A DNA stretch of 64,000 nt, from contig JAJXUE010000001.1 in assembly GCA_021783135.1 (NCBI GenBank), positions 41,926-105,925 of the forward strand. The letters run 5' to 3'. Positions 1 through 8,972 of the stretch are shown here, piece after piece. The stretch comes from Bacillota bacterium (lineage in GTDB: Bacteria > Bacillota > Desulfitobacteriia > Desulfitobacteriales > JAJXUE01). A program made the translations under genes and the position numbers. Below the pieces are notes generated by a model. That model had not been told where the DNA came from. It worked only from the letters and a program-made list of their open reading frames with translations, and made no database searches. The number at the start of each line of letters is the position of its first letter. The stretch's first letter is position 1.

Positions 1-582
1 AATACCGATACCCAAATAATGAGGATTTTGCGCCACCGCTGAAAGCAACCTGCCTATCCTACCCCTTTGGGCAAAATGCTGATCAATAACCACATCGCCA
101 ATCAAACCCATCCCTGGGGCCATGCTCAACGCATCCTTAGCAGGTGTTTCATCACTGGCGCCACCAACAATCATTGTACTACTCATTACTGACGCTCCAG
201 CACTGGTCCCGGCAATAATAGTTCCAGCGGCGTATCGACTGTGAAGGACAGTATCAGCCATCGTTCCCCCAAGTATACCTGTAATCTTCAGTTGATCTCC
301 TCCGGTAAAAAATATCCCCTGAGCTTGGTTTAGGGCTTCACATATTCTTGCTTGGTTGGCAATTTGGCGGTTAGGTATATCCAAAACTTCAACTTTAGCC
401 GCGCCAAGCCGCATGAAAATTTCAGCGTAATCTTTTCCCACTTGTTCAGGCTTTTCTGTAGCGGATGTCATTACAACTATATTGCCATGTTCTGCACATT
501 CAATAAATTGCTTCAGAATTTTACACTCACCAGCCTTGTCTTCCGCCCCGCCAATAACCATAAGATTTCCTTTATGATGCAT
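1..582 (-). CDS. cphE: cyanophycinase (S51 peptidase), 3' end lies beyond the window edge
   Basis: Absent from the ORF track because it runs off the window. Reverse translation from ATG 582 reads MHHKGNLMVIGGAEDKAGEC...IIAGTSAGASVM...VIDQHFAQRGRIGRL. This carries the GGAEDK and GTSAGA (Ser nucleophile) signatures of cyanophycinase. RBS GGGGGAGGTG at 587-596. Confidence 0.8.
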   Translation of the reverse strand, partial: MHHKGNLMVIGGAEDKAGECKILKQFIECAEHGNIVVMTSATEKPEQVGKDYAEIFMRLGAAKVEVLDIPNRQIANQARICEALNQAQGIFFTGGDQLKITGILGGTMADTVLHSRYAAGTIIAGTSAGASVMSSTMIVGGASDETPAKDALSMAPGMGLIGDVVIDQHFAQRGRIGRLLSAVAQNPHYLGIGI

Positions 583-709
583 ACAGCACCTCCCCCGTCA
601 AAACTATTGTGGAGAGACACCCATTTTTTTATGCATAAAGGAAACCCCCTTGCACAATAACAATAAGATGTATTGATGGAAAATAAATCCATAACGGAGG
701 GTGTTGCGC

Positions 710-1297
710 ATGATTTCAAATAAATCGGACGCTCTGCTAAAAGTCTATATAGATATAGCAAATCGCGATCTTTTACTGTACGAGGATGATCAACTAGTCA
801 GACGATATCCGATTCAGTCAATTAAGGCTGATTTGCCAAGCGGTAGATTTTCCATTTTGGAAAAAATTTACAACCCTGCTATAGAACTCGGCAGCAGATG
901 GATTGGCTTTAACAAACAACCCTTGGGTATCCATGGCATCGCGAGTTGCCCTGAGCACCAAGTCAATCTGGGCATCCGTATGGAAAATACTAACCTAATT
1001 GAACTCTACGCCATGGTTCCGAATGGGACTATTGTCGAGATTACCCGAACACCCCTTGATCTAAGCCCACCAGCCGTTCCCAATCAATTTGGGCGCTTTC
1101 CCGCTACCCCTTCCGCATTCCCCATAGTTGCCGGTCCACATTGTTATATCGTGCAACGAGGCGATACCATCTGGAAACTTTCTACTCGCTTCAAAATTCC
1201 GATGGAAAGCATTCTCGCTGCAAACTTACTTCCTAATCCAAATCGCCTACAGCAAGGGCAAGTTATCAATCTGCCCTTATTATGGCCACAAAAATAG
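710..1297 (+). CDS. YkuD (L,D-transpeptidase)-like domain protein with C-terminal LysM domain
   Basis: Track ORF 701..1297. ATG 710 is better spaced from GGAGG (696-700) than GTG 701. GIHG...GIRMENTNLIELYAMVPNGTIVEI resembles the YkuD catalytic region. YIVQRGDTIWKLSTRF...GQVINLP is a LysM repeat. Confidence 0.7.
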   Translation: MISNKSDALLKVYIDIANRDLLLYEDDQLVRRYPIQSIKADLPSGRFSILEKIYNPAIELGSRWIGFNKQPLGIHGIASCPEHQVNLGIRMENTNLIELYAMVPNGTIVEITRTPLDLSPPAVPNQFGRFPATPSAFPIVAGPHCYIVQRGDTIWKLSTRFKIPMESILAANLLPNPNRLQQGQVINLPLLWPQK

Positions 1298-1319
1298 GTC
1301 AACCTAATTTGGTTGACCT
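1288..1319 (-). terminator. Rho-independent terminator after yabG, possibly bidirectional
   Basis: Hairpin AGGTCAACC / GGTTGACCT (1296-1319) is followed on the minus strand by TATTTTTG. It sits between the convergent stops at 1297 and 1335. Confidence 0.6.
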
Positions 1320-1334
1320 CGACACCGACTATAT

Positions 1335-2192
1335 TTAGTATGGGGAACGCGGGTAACCCAGTCTGAGCTGACCACGAGTTTCGATCCCGCCCACACCATC
1401 CACACCTGTTACAGTACCCTCAATTACCTCTTTAAGCAATACAGGTTCATGTATTGGTGTAAATGCTACTCTCTCAACAATAAATACAGGATCAAATGCA
1501 TGGATAAACACCCGTTGAGGTGAACTGGCAAAGTTTGCCCCTGCTTGGATAATGGCCTCAAAATGCGATTGACATGCTCCGGCAAATATGACCAAACTGT
1601 CTTTATTGGGTTCAAAGGTTCTAGCCTTTGCTACTGACTCGACAAAATAGCGCGAACTCCTGTAACTATCTAGACGAGTAAAATCTTTGCAACCCTTTAA
1701 TAACCCATCATGCCCGGTAAGAACCAGAATATCTGTAGGGTTTTCCTGAAGAATTTGCAAAATATATTTTGGCTGCTCTTTTTCCGGGCGGCAAATGCCT
1801 TTAGCATTAATCTCCAACTGTCTGTAGGTCTTAATACATTCGTCAAGATATTCTTGGTCACCATCAAGATGCAAAACTCTGCCAGGTACCTTAAAGAACT
1901 CGTCCGCCACTTTTTCCTTATTACGACTGAAAGGCCCACGTTTTTGTGCCGTTAATTTACGCACTCGATCATAGGTAACTTTGGTATAGTGCTTAGTATA
2001 ATCATAAATTTCCCTAGGACCCATTACCTGCAAATCAACCAAAGGGGCATCCGCTTCCAGTCTAACATTTAGCCCTTTTAGTTCAGCCACTTCAGCCCCA
2101 ACCTGATTAACCGTCAGCATGGTCACTCGAAATAGTATGTCCATTTCATACGAATGGCGCGCAACAATATCTCCCGGCTTACAAACAGGCAT
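1335..2192 (-). CDS. yabG: sporulation-specific protease YabG (peptidase U57)
   Basis: Track ORF 1335..2318 trimmed to ATG 2192, which has a GGGGG RBS 8 nt upstream. The N-terminus MPVCKPGDIVARHSYEMDILFRV and the 285-aa length match YabG. It neighbours rsmA, as in B. subtilis. Confidence 0.85.
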   Translation of the reverse strand: MPVCKPGDIVARHSYEMDILFRVTMLTVNQVGAEVAELKGLNVRLEADAPLVDLQVMGPREIYDYTKHYTKVTYDRVRKLTAQKRGPFSRNKEKVADEFFKVPGRVLHLDGDQEYLDECIKTYRQLEINAKGICRPEKEQPKYILQILQENPTDILVLTGHDGLLKGCKDFTRLDSYRSSRYFVESVAKARTFEPNKDSLVIFAGACQSHFEAIIQAGANFASSPQRVFIHAFDPVFIVERVAFTPIHEPVLLKEVIEGTVTGVDGVGGIETRGQLRLGYPRSPY

Positions 2193-2246
2193 AGATAATT
2201 CCCCCTTTTGCCCATGCCTGTTATATTGTATGCTCCTTGACACCAG

Positions 2247-3134
2247 ATGGCATATAATATCATGAGCCTCACAAAAAGGGGGGTGATTAGAATTTATGCA
2301 GCAGTTGTTCCAACCCAAAATGAATCCGGCAGAATCGGCATCGTGTTAAACAACCTGCTAAAATTGCCCTTCACTTCAATAATCCCAGTACTCAACGGAT
2401 GTAATGACTCCTCCCTACAGGAGGTCCTCGCAATCGGAGATCCTCGCATTAACCCGATCTACTTTGTGGAGTCTTTAGGTATCGACATACCTCGCGCAAT
2501 CGGCTCTGTCTACGCCCTGCATAGAGGTGCAGAGGGTGTAATTTTCGTTGATGGAGACATGATAGGGGAATTTCAAAATCACTTGAGATGCTTAATTACG
2601 GCTCTCGATCAAGGCGTGGATTTAGCTTTAGTTAATTGCTACCCTTATATAACTAACCGCCAAAAATTAACTAGAACTGTACTATACTTTCGCGGCCAGT
2701 TAAATCGCGAATTAGGCTTATTTAAAGATTTAGGTTTGGCATCACCCACACATGGCCCACATGCTATTTCCAAGCGTTTATTAGAGGTGGCTAAAACAGA
2801 GGATATAGCTGTTCCTCCCATGATCTTAACCCGAGCAAAAAAAAACGACTTTAAAATAAAGGTAGTAACATCCATACCACACGCATTGCTTAATTCACCA
2901 CTAAGGCAGCGAGGCCACGCCCGTAAAGTGGCGCAAACAATCATCGGAGATTGTCTTGCGGCAATTGCCTTTGTCACTGACAAACCCACTTCTCGCACCT
3001 TCGGGAAGCACACCTTCGACGGCTATAACTCCATTCGCCGATTTGACTTGCTTGCCGAATGGGAGAACAGGTTAAATATTGACTCTACGCCATATCTTAC
3101 ACAGCATCTGGTCCGGTTATGGCCCGTAGTTTAA
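2247..3134 (+). CDS. uncharacterised GT-A fold (family 2 glycosyltransferase-like) protein
   Basis: AAVVPTQNE near the N-terminus and VIFVDGDM (DxD-like) suggest a nucleotide-sugar transferase fold. The start codon is uncertain (ATG 2247, ATG 2262 or GTG 2283; none has a well-spaced RBS). The 3' end overlaps the rsmA 3' end by 38 nt. Confidence 0.5.
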   Translation: MAYNIMSLTKRGVIRIYAAVVPTQNESGRIGIVLNNLLKLPFTSIIPVLNGCNDSSLQEVLAIGDPRINPIYFVESLGIDIPRAIGSVYALHRGAEGVIFVDGDMIGEFQNHLRCLITALDQGVDLALVNCYPYITNRQKLTRTVLYFRGQLNRELGLFKDLGLASPTHGPHAISKRLLEVAKTEDIAVPPMILTRAKKNDFKIKVVTSIPHALLNSPLRQRGHARKVAQTIIGDCLAAIAFVTDKPTSRTFGKHTFDGYNSIRRFDLLAEWENRLNIDSTPYLTQHLVRLWPVV

Positions 3135-3969
3135 GATTCCTCGCCAACGACTCAGCCAAATGCACAAAATCGGTTACAGATAAAGTTTCTGCGCGGCAAT
3201 TTGGGTCCAGGCCAATACTTTGCATAGTTTCACTCACTACTTGCTTGTCACACCCGAACCCTTTACTTAAAGCATTAAGCATAGTTTTACGCCGTTGCGC
3301 AAAAGCTGCCTTCACTGTGGCAAAGAATTCCTCCTCCCGTATAACACGAGGGTGCTCTAATACCTTAAGTTTTATCACGGCAGAATGAACTTTTGGCGCA
3401 GGTAAGAAAGCGGTGGGAGGGACTGTAAATAAATATTGGGCATCACAAAAAGCCTGTACAGCCACAGATAAAATGCCGAAGTCTTTCGTACCTGGAGCAG
3501 CAACAATTCTTTTAGCAACTTCGTGCTGTACCATAAGTGTTAGACTATCCAAATACTGGCGTTGTGCCAAGAAATGCTTGATTAAAGGAGAAGTAATGTA
3601 ATAGGGGAGGTTAGCAATTACCTTTACCTTTTCAACCGGTAAGTCTACCGTTTCAAGTGACAGTTTCAAAGCGTCCCCATGCATTATTGTAACCTTAGCA
3701 TTGGACTCAAATTGTTGCTGCAAAAATCTAAACAAGCTATCATCAAGCTCCACGGCCCACAGCTGGGTGTCCATACGTGCTAAGGCGCGAGTTAATACTC
3801 CAATACCTGGGCCAATCTCCAAAACTGCATCCCCTGGTCTTACACCACTGTCATCAATAATCCGTTGAATAATACCGTCATCGACCAAAAAATTTTGCCC
3901 TAGACTTTTTTTAGCCCTCAGCCCATTACTATTTAAGGCCCGTTTGGTATAGATAAGAGCCGATTCCAA
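3097..3969 (-). CDS. rsmA: 16S rRNA (adenine1518/1519-N6)-dimethyltransferase RsmA/KsgA
   Basis: GQNFLVD motif, LEIGPGIGVLT SAM-binding motif, NLPYYI motif; conserved position beside rnmV. Confidence 0.95.
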   Translation of the reverse strand: MESALIYTKRALNSNGLRAKKSLGQNFLVDDGIIQRIIDDSGVRPGDAVLEIGPGIGVLTRALARMDTQLWAVELDDSLFRFLQQQFESNAKVTIMHGDALKLSLETVDLPVEKVKVIANLPYYITSPLIKHFLAQRQYLDSLTLMVQHEVAKRIVAAPGTKDFGILSVAVQAFCDAQYLFTVPPTAFLPAPKVHSAVIKLKVLEHPRVIREEEFFATVKAAFAQRRKTMLNALSKGFGCDKQVVSETMQSIGLDPNCRAETLSVTDFVHLAESLARNLKLRAITGPDAV

Positions 3970-3972
3970 TAT

Positions 3973-4515
3973 TTAGTCCTCCCCTAACACTTCAAGTACA
4001 CATTCTAAATCCCTACGTACAATGCCTTGCTGATTCAAACGATTTAAAAATTGCTTGGTATTAGTCTCCCCTATCCCAAGCATTTTACCGGCACTTTTTC
4101 TTCTATACTCGGCACCATGCGTACCAGCTAACCCATAATTGATCAAGTCCTGCAATGTAAAATCGGACTGTATGGCAGCGCAGTTGGAAGCAGCTATTTG
4201 CAAAGCTCTGCGAATTGCCTCCGACGAAGCATTCTCTATACCTATATTACATCCCTTTTTCGCCTCTTGCTGTGTTAAATATGCATTTTTACATGCAGGG
4301 ATCTGACTATTTAATCGCCGACGTATGTGGTTACCCGCACTGTCAGGATCTACGAATATAATTACTCCTGTCCGTGTAACAGCCCGTTGAAGCAGCTTGA
4401 TTAAATCAATTCCAAAACCATAGCCACCGGTGGCAATAACCTCTCCCTCCACCGCGTTCTTCACAGCCGAAATATCATCTTTTCCTTCAACCACGATAAG
4501 TTCATTTATCCTCAT
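3973..4515 (-). CDS. rnmV: ribonuclease M5 (Toprim domain)
   Basis: LIVVEGKDDISAVK and IIFVDPDSAG Toprim motifs. 180 aa, immediately upstream of rsmA as in Bacillus. Confidence 0.9.
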   Translation of the reverse strand: MRINELIVVEGKDDISAVKNAVEGEVIATGGYGFGIDLIKLLQRAVTRTGVIIFVDPDSAGNHIRRRLNSQIPACKNAYLTQQEAKKGCNIGIENASSEAIRRALQIAASNCAAIQSDFTLQDLINYGLAGTHGAEYRRKSAGKMLGIGETNTKQFLNRLNQQGIVRRDLECVLEVLGED

Positions 4516-4574
4516 ATTGCAACCCCATAGCGCTTATTCGTTGTAAGTATACCAAAACTCACCCCATTTGTAAC

Positions 4575-4609
4575 GCAACCAAACAAGACCCGGGATATTT
4601 CCCGGGTCT
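4575..4609 (-). terminator. Rho-independent terminator after the GH18 gene
   Basis: Hairpin AGACCCGGGA / TCCCGGGTCT (4586-4609) followed on the minus strand by TGTTTGGTT. Confidence 0.6.
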
Positions 4610-4619
4610 TAACTTATTA

Positions 4620-5768
4620 TTACTTACCTCGATTAGTGCCATACACGGCTTTAATAGCGCTCCATGCAGACGGATCCTCCATACCCATCCGCCAGATAGC
4701 AATACCATGAATATTATATTTTTTGGCATAGGTAAGCTTTGCTTCGATACTTCGCCGGTTTTCAAAGTACACCACATGTCTTATACCGTTTTGCGTATAG
4801 GTGTAGTGAACTGATTCGGTTTCGGTATCATATATCGGTGTAACTCCCTTAAGCTGAGCTTGTTTCAATGCTTGAGCATAACTTAAATATGCAGGTACAG
4901 TTGGCTTATTCGATGCCCAGTCATAACCATATACCGGTATACCTTGAACAAGCTTTTCGCGCGGTATTTTTGTTATCGCAAAACTGATAACCTTATCAAC
5001 AAAATCATGAGAAGCGATAGGCCCTGCCGTGGTACCGAGACCGTGTTCATCATAGGTCATAAGCACTATCTGATCTGCACCTTGACCTATTTTGGCGTAG
5101 TCATAGGCACCAGCCCATAAATCAGCAGGATAATCGATAAACTTCGCCGGCACAGAAACGTTCAAGACCTTGTCTTTGGCCTTAAGAGCAGCGCCCAACT
5201 CCTTGATAAACGCACTAAAATTGTTGCGATCTCCAGGTGGAGTCCGTTCAATATCGATGGATATTCCATCCCAACCCTTAGTAGTTGTTAAATTCACTAA
5301 ATTACTGACAAATTTAGCCCTTGTCTTGGGGTTTGATACAACTTGATGCGCTAAATCAGGATTAAAACCTTGGCCACCTGGTACCAAGTTATTAACTATC
5401 GCATAAACCTTGGCATTATGATTTTTTGCTAAAGTCCTGGCACTTTGATCTTGTTTCACCATACCACGGATATTACCATTACTGTCGAAGGTATACCAAA
5501 AAAATGCCACTTCATCCAACAAAGCAGAGTTAGTACTCAAGCTTTGTTTCGAGCTAGGGATTAATCCCTCACCTTCTACATAAAAACCCATAACTACCTT
5601 TTTATCCTTGCCTAAAACGTCGGGCCTTGTCTGGTCTGCTTCTGCTTTATCCGGTCCCTTATCGCTTGTACGAGTATTGTCCATAGGTTGCGGCGCCTGC
5701 GGTGAACACCCTGGGGCTAGTGTTAAAATAAAAAACAAGGTTAACAATACCGCTAATCCCTTTTTCAT
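4620..5768 (-). CDS. glycoside hydrolase family 18 lipoprotein (YaaH/YdhD-like cortex or chitin hydrolase)
   Basis: Lipobox LTLAPGC after a signal peptide. GH18 catalytic motif DGISIDIE. Confidence 0.8.
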   Translation of the reverse strand: MKKGLAVLLTLFFILTLAPGCSPQAPQPMDNTRTSDKGPDKAEADQTRPDVLGKDKKVVMGFYVEGEGLIPSSKQSLSTNSALLDEVAFFWYTFDSNGNIRGMVKQDQSARTLAKNHNAKVYAIVNNLVPGGQGFNPDLAHQVVSNPKTRAKFVSNLVNLTTTKGWDGISIDIERTPPGDRNNFSAFIKELGAALKAKDKVLNVSVPAKFIDYPADLWAGAYDYAKIGQGADQIVLMTYDEHGLGTTAGPIASHDFVDKVISFAITKIPREKLVQGIPVYGYDWASNKPTVPAYLSYAQALKQAQLKGVTPIYDTETESVHYTYTQNGIRHVVYFENRRSIEAKLTYAKKYNIHGIAIWRMGMEDPSAWSAIKAVYGTNRGK

Positions 5769-5841
5769 TAAAAGTCAACTCCTCGGTATTTTATTGCTAA
5801 CCTTATTTTTTACCCAATATGGGCAAGCTTATGTATAGCCG

Positions 5842-6552
5842 TTAAGTTGACGCTAAATATCTCGCTATGCCACGTGCAATAGCTTTGGCAAGTTCGTCTT
5901 GATACCAAAATTGTTGTAGCTTCACCCTTTCTGATGGATTGCTTAGATAGCCCAATTCAACAATTACTGCTGGGGTTTTCGTTTTTCGCGTCAAATAGAA
6001 TTCGCCCGGTTTGGCAATTCTCTTGTTCATTGTCGGGACTTGACGCAGTTCGTTCTGAATATATTCAGCTAAAACTTTACCCTGCTCTGCACCCTTTTGA
6101 TAAAAGGTTTCGGCACCCGATTTGGTTCCGCTGGAAACGGCATTTACGTGAATGCTTACTAAAATTTTAGCGTTCGCCTGTTCGATCAGCCCTAGTCGGT
6201 AATCAAGATCCGTTTGCTTGCGTTTTTTTTTCCCCCTGGCCCCATCTGCAACGTAATCCCGATCATCTTCGCGGGTCAATATTACCTTTGCCCCTGTGTT
6301 TTCCAGCTGTGTTTTAACCTTCTGGGCAATAACTAAATTGATGTTTTTCTCATATAGTCCTTGTGATGTAATCGCTCCTGGATCGTACCCACCATGTCCA
6401 GGGTCGATGGCGATTACACTCCCACCTACTTGTGTGACTAAAATTGCATTTGATACACCACCACAAGCTGTTAGCAGCATAAACGCCATATAGGCCAGGA
6501 CTAATAGTGGCGCAAGGTTGCGGATTTTAGCCCCCCATAATGGTTCGTGCAT
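5842..6552 (-). CDS. cwlD: N-acetylmuramoyl-L-alanine amidase, CwlD-like (Amidase_3)
   Basis: IAIDPGHGGYDPGA and SIHVNA amidase_3 motifs. One N-terminal TM segment and a 236-aa length, typical of germination-specific CwlD. Confidence 0.75.
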   Translation of the reverse strand: MHEPLWGAKIRNLAPLLVLAYMAFMLLTACGGVSNAILVTQVGGSVIAIDPGHGGYDPGAITSQGLYEKNINLVIAQKVKTQLENTGAKVILTREDDRDYVADGARGKKKRKQTDLDYRLGLIEQANAKILVSIHVNAVSSGTKSGAETFYQKGAEQGKVLAEYIQNELRQVPTMNKRIAKPGEFYLTRKTKTPAVIVELGYLSNPSERVKLQQFWYQDELAKAIARGIARYLAST

Positions 6553-6613
6553 CCTTTATTCACTCCACATCATCATTTATATAATACAGATATTGAGATG
6601 GAGCCATAGCTAG

Positions 6614-6646
6614 AACAAAAAGAGAGACGCCTATCGGCATCTCTCT
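6614..6646 (-). terminator. Rho-independent terminator after the yabE-like gene
   Basis: Stem AGAGAGACGCC / GGCATCTCTCT (one mismatch) followed on the minus strand by TTTTTG. Confidence 0.65.
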
Positions 6647-6666
6647 ACTATAATTATACTTATTAC

Positions 6667-7851
6667 TTAACGTAAGTAAACCGTTACATACCTAACTCCC
6701 CAATTTCGTGCGTCTTCAGCATTATCAAAATAAAGGTCAATTGAACGCCCGCGAATTGCTCCACCTGTGTCTAAAGCAGAGCCCATACCGTAGCCGTCTA
6801 TCCACAAACTGCTGTAGTAAGGTATCACATTAGGATCAACCGCTACAACACCACGATGTACCGGTACCCCTAACGATGTAGACCCCCCCGGTTCACTATA
6901 GGCAGTTGCACGAACCGTAATGGCTCGCTTAAAATTGATTATATTGCCACCCCTGGAAATTGTAGTCTGAGCCCCCTGTGCAACTACCTCATCAACAGGC
7001 TTGCGCACTATGCGTTGCGACAAAATTTGCCGCTTAGCCACTACCCCGTCTGCAAGGGTAAGCTTAACAACTTGCCGGGATAGTCCTTCTTCTCCAGCCG
7101 CCAATACCTGATCCGGCATGCCAACCGGAAAATCACCCGGCTTTGCTACAACTTGGTAAGGAATATGTGACTCGACCGTCGTCGTTTTTTGCGTAACCCG
7201 AACCACTTTGATAGCTGTTTTAGTACTAACCATGGTATCAAGACTGGGTGTAATCAAATCATTTAAGCCAACTTTAATATTTTCTTTGGTCAGAACGTCT
7301 GCTACTGTTCTAGGGGCAATTTCAATATGTCTAGTCTTTCCATCTGCGGTAATTGTAATCGGTACAGCCGTTCTAATAACTATAGTCAGGTTAGGCCTTA
7401 GCGAACTGTCCCTACCCGGGACTACCTCATCGCTTTGTTTTAAACTAAAGCCAAATTTATGTTCTGCTCCGGTAATAGCTTGTCCTACCGTATTACCTAA
7501 AATCCGCAAAGCCATCTGGTGCCCATCAAGGCTAATATTAACGGGCACACTTCGTTGAACTGTAATGGTCATGCCTCTTTGGATTAGAGCTTGTCTGCCG
7601 GGAACAACTAAATCTTCTGGGAATATATTTAAGTTAGCGTGGTCGAGAAATTCACCGACATTTTGTCTAACAGTTAAGTACTCACTTTTCTTTCCACCCA
7701 CTATTACAGTTACCGGCTTGGCAATTGCCGCTACCGTAAAAAGAACAACTACAGCTAATGCTATCAATCCGATTAAAAGAGGCTTACGCTTTTGGGGTAC
7801 GCCAAGTGGCCTTATTTGCGGCACGGCCCACGGCTTATGACCCAAATCCAT
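6667..7851 (-). CDS. yabE: YabE-like cell-wall protein (DUF348 repeats, G5 domain, C-terminal 3D domain)
   Basis: N-terminal TM segment and repeated DUF348-like segments. The C-terminus ATAYS...VAVDPNVIPYYSSLWIDGYG...DTGGAIRG is the 3D (RlpA/MltA-like) domain. Position between rnmV and tatD matches B. subtilis. Confidence 0.8.
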   Translation of the reverse strand: MDLGHKPWAVPQIRPLGVPQKRKPLLIGLIALAVVVLFTVAAIAKPVTVIVGGKKSEYLTVRQNVGEFLDHANLNIFPEDLVVPGRQALIQRGMTITVQRSVPVNISLDGHQMALRILGNTVGQAITGAEHKFGFSLKQSDEVVPGRDSSLRPNLTIVIRTAVPITITADGKTRHIEIAPRTVADVLTKENIKVGLNDLITPSLDTMVSTKTAIKVVRVTQKTTTVESHIPYQVVAKPGDFPVGMPDQVLAAGEEGLSRQVVKLTLADGVVAKRQILSQRIVRKPVDEVVAQGAQTTISRGGNIINFKRAITVRATAYSEPGGSTSLGVPVHRGVVAVDPNVIPYYSSLWIDGYGMGSALDTGGAIRGRSIDLYFDNAEDARNWGVRYVTVYLR

Positions 7852-7927
7852 TGAATCCCTCCCGAATATAAATTCTTGGCTTATTTTACCTCATCGTAAA
7901 GCACATGTAAATACTTTATTACATATA

Positions 7928-8782
7928 TTACCAATCCCCCGCCAATATGTAAACTTTTACCTTTCTTCGACCCCAGGCAACGCACTCTTTAACCGTATTT
8001 AAAAATACATCTAGCCTATTGCCTTTTATCGCTCCGCCAGTGTCTGCCGCCATGGCTAACCCATAGCCCTCAATGTAAAGTTTGCTGCCTAATGGAATGA
8101 CCCTTGGATCTACCGCTACCAAACCGACTCGGGGTGAAACTCCGGTTGCAGTATTATTGCCGGTATACGTATAGGCAGTCGACTCAACACTTAATTCACT
8201 TTTTACACGATAATTGGCCGGCAAAGTCCTGCTGGCTACGGCTATATACTGGCGAGGTGTAGTAGCTCGTCTGGGGTTGGCAACAATAACCCTTTTAACA
8301 GGTTCTTTGATTATATCACTGACTACGACTTCCCTGCTAATTTCCCGATCTCCCAAGGTAGTAACTTTAACTATTTGTCGCAACATACCTGGTGAACCAG
8401 GGCTTACCCGCTGCGTTTGTGGCGGAAGACTATAATCAGTCTTATTTTCGGTCTTAAACGGTAGCTCACTCTCTGCCAAAACCACCTTTTCCTCAACCCT
8501 AAGCACCGAAAGTTCATTGCAATCGACTCTAAGGACATCTTTGGCGCCAACCGCAACCCTACACTCGGTCAGCAGCCAATATGGGTCAGTTTGGTTGGAC
8601 AATATGGTGCGAGTTTTATCCCCCAACTTAATTCTAATCTCCTTTTGGTGCTTTGGCGTAGACCCTTGCTGAGCCGTAGATTTTAACAAAAAACCTATCA
8701 ACACTGTTCCACTCGTCAATATAGTCCAGTTTCGACACGAACGCAGATAGTCAACATATGTCTTAACCGGTAATAGATACAT
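7928..8782 (-). CDS. second G5 plus 3D domain cell-wall protein (YabE paralogue)
   Basis: Track ORF trimmed to ATG 8782 (RBS AAAGGAGGG). The C-terminus STAYTYTG...VAVDPRVIPLGSKLYIEGYG...DTGGAIKG is a 3D domain. Confidence 0.75.
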   Translation of the reverse strand: MYLLPVKTYVDYLRSCRNWTILTSGTVLIGFLLKSTAQQGSTPKHQKEIRIKLGDKTRTILSNQTDPYWLLTECRVAVGAKDVLRVDCNELSVLRVEEKVVLAESELPFKTENKTDYSLPPQTQRVSPGSPGMLRQIVKVTTLGDREISREVVVSDIIKEPVKRVIVANPRRATTPRQYIAVASRTLPANYRVKSELSVESTAYTYTGNNTATGVSPRVGLVAVDPRVIPLGSKLYIEGYGLAMAADTGGAIKGNRLDVFLNTVKECVAWGRRKVKVYILAGDW

Positions 8783-8909
8783 CCCTTGCCCTCCTTTTCT
8801 TGCCAACTTATGCCCTGAATTTACACTTTAGAACACATGCAAAGAAGGTCATGCCAAAGATTGAGTTTAAAATAGACCCTATAATCTAGCCAGTTAAACG
8901 GCGAATTGC

Positions 8910-8947
8910 CGAAAAATAAAAACTGTGGACCCCGACGGATCCACAGT
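8910..8947 (-). terminator. Rho-independent terminator after tatD
   Basis: Stem ACTGTGGA / TCCACAGT (8922-8947) followed on the minus strand by TTTTTATTTTT. Confidence 0.8.
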
Positions 8948-8972
8948 TGCAGCGCTCGCTTTGGGCATGTGT

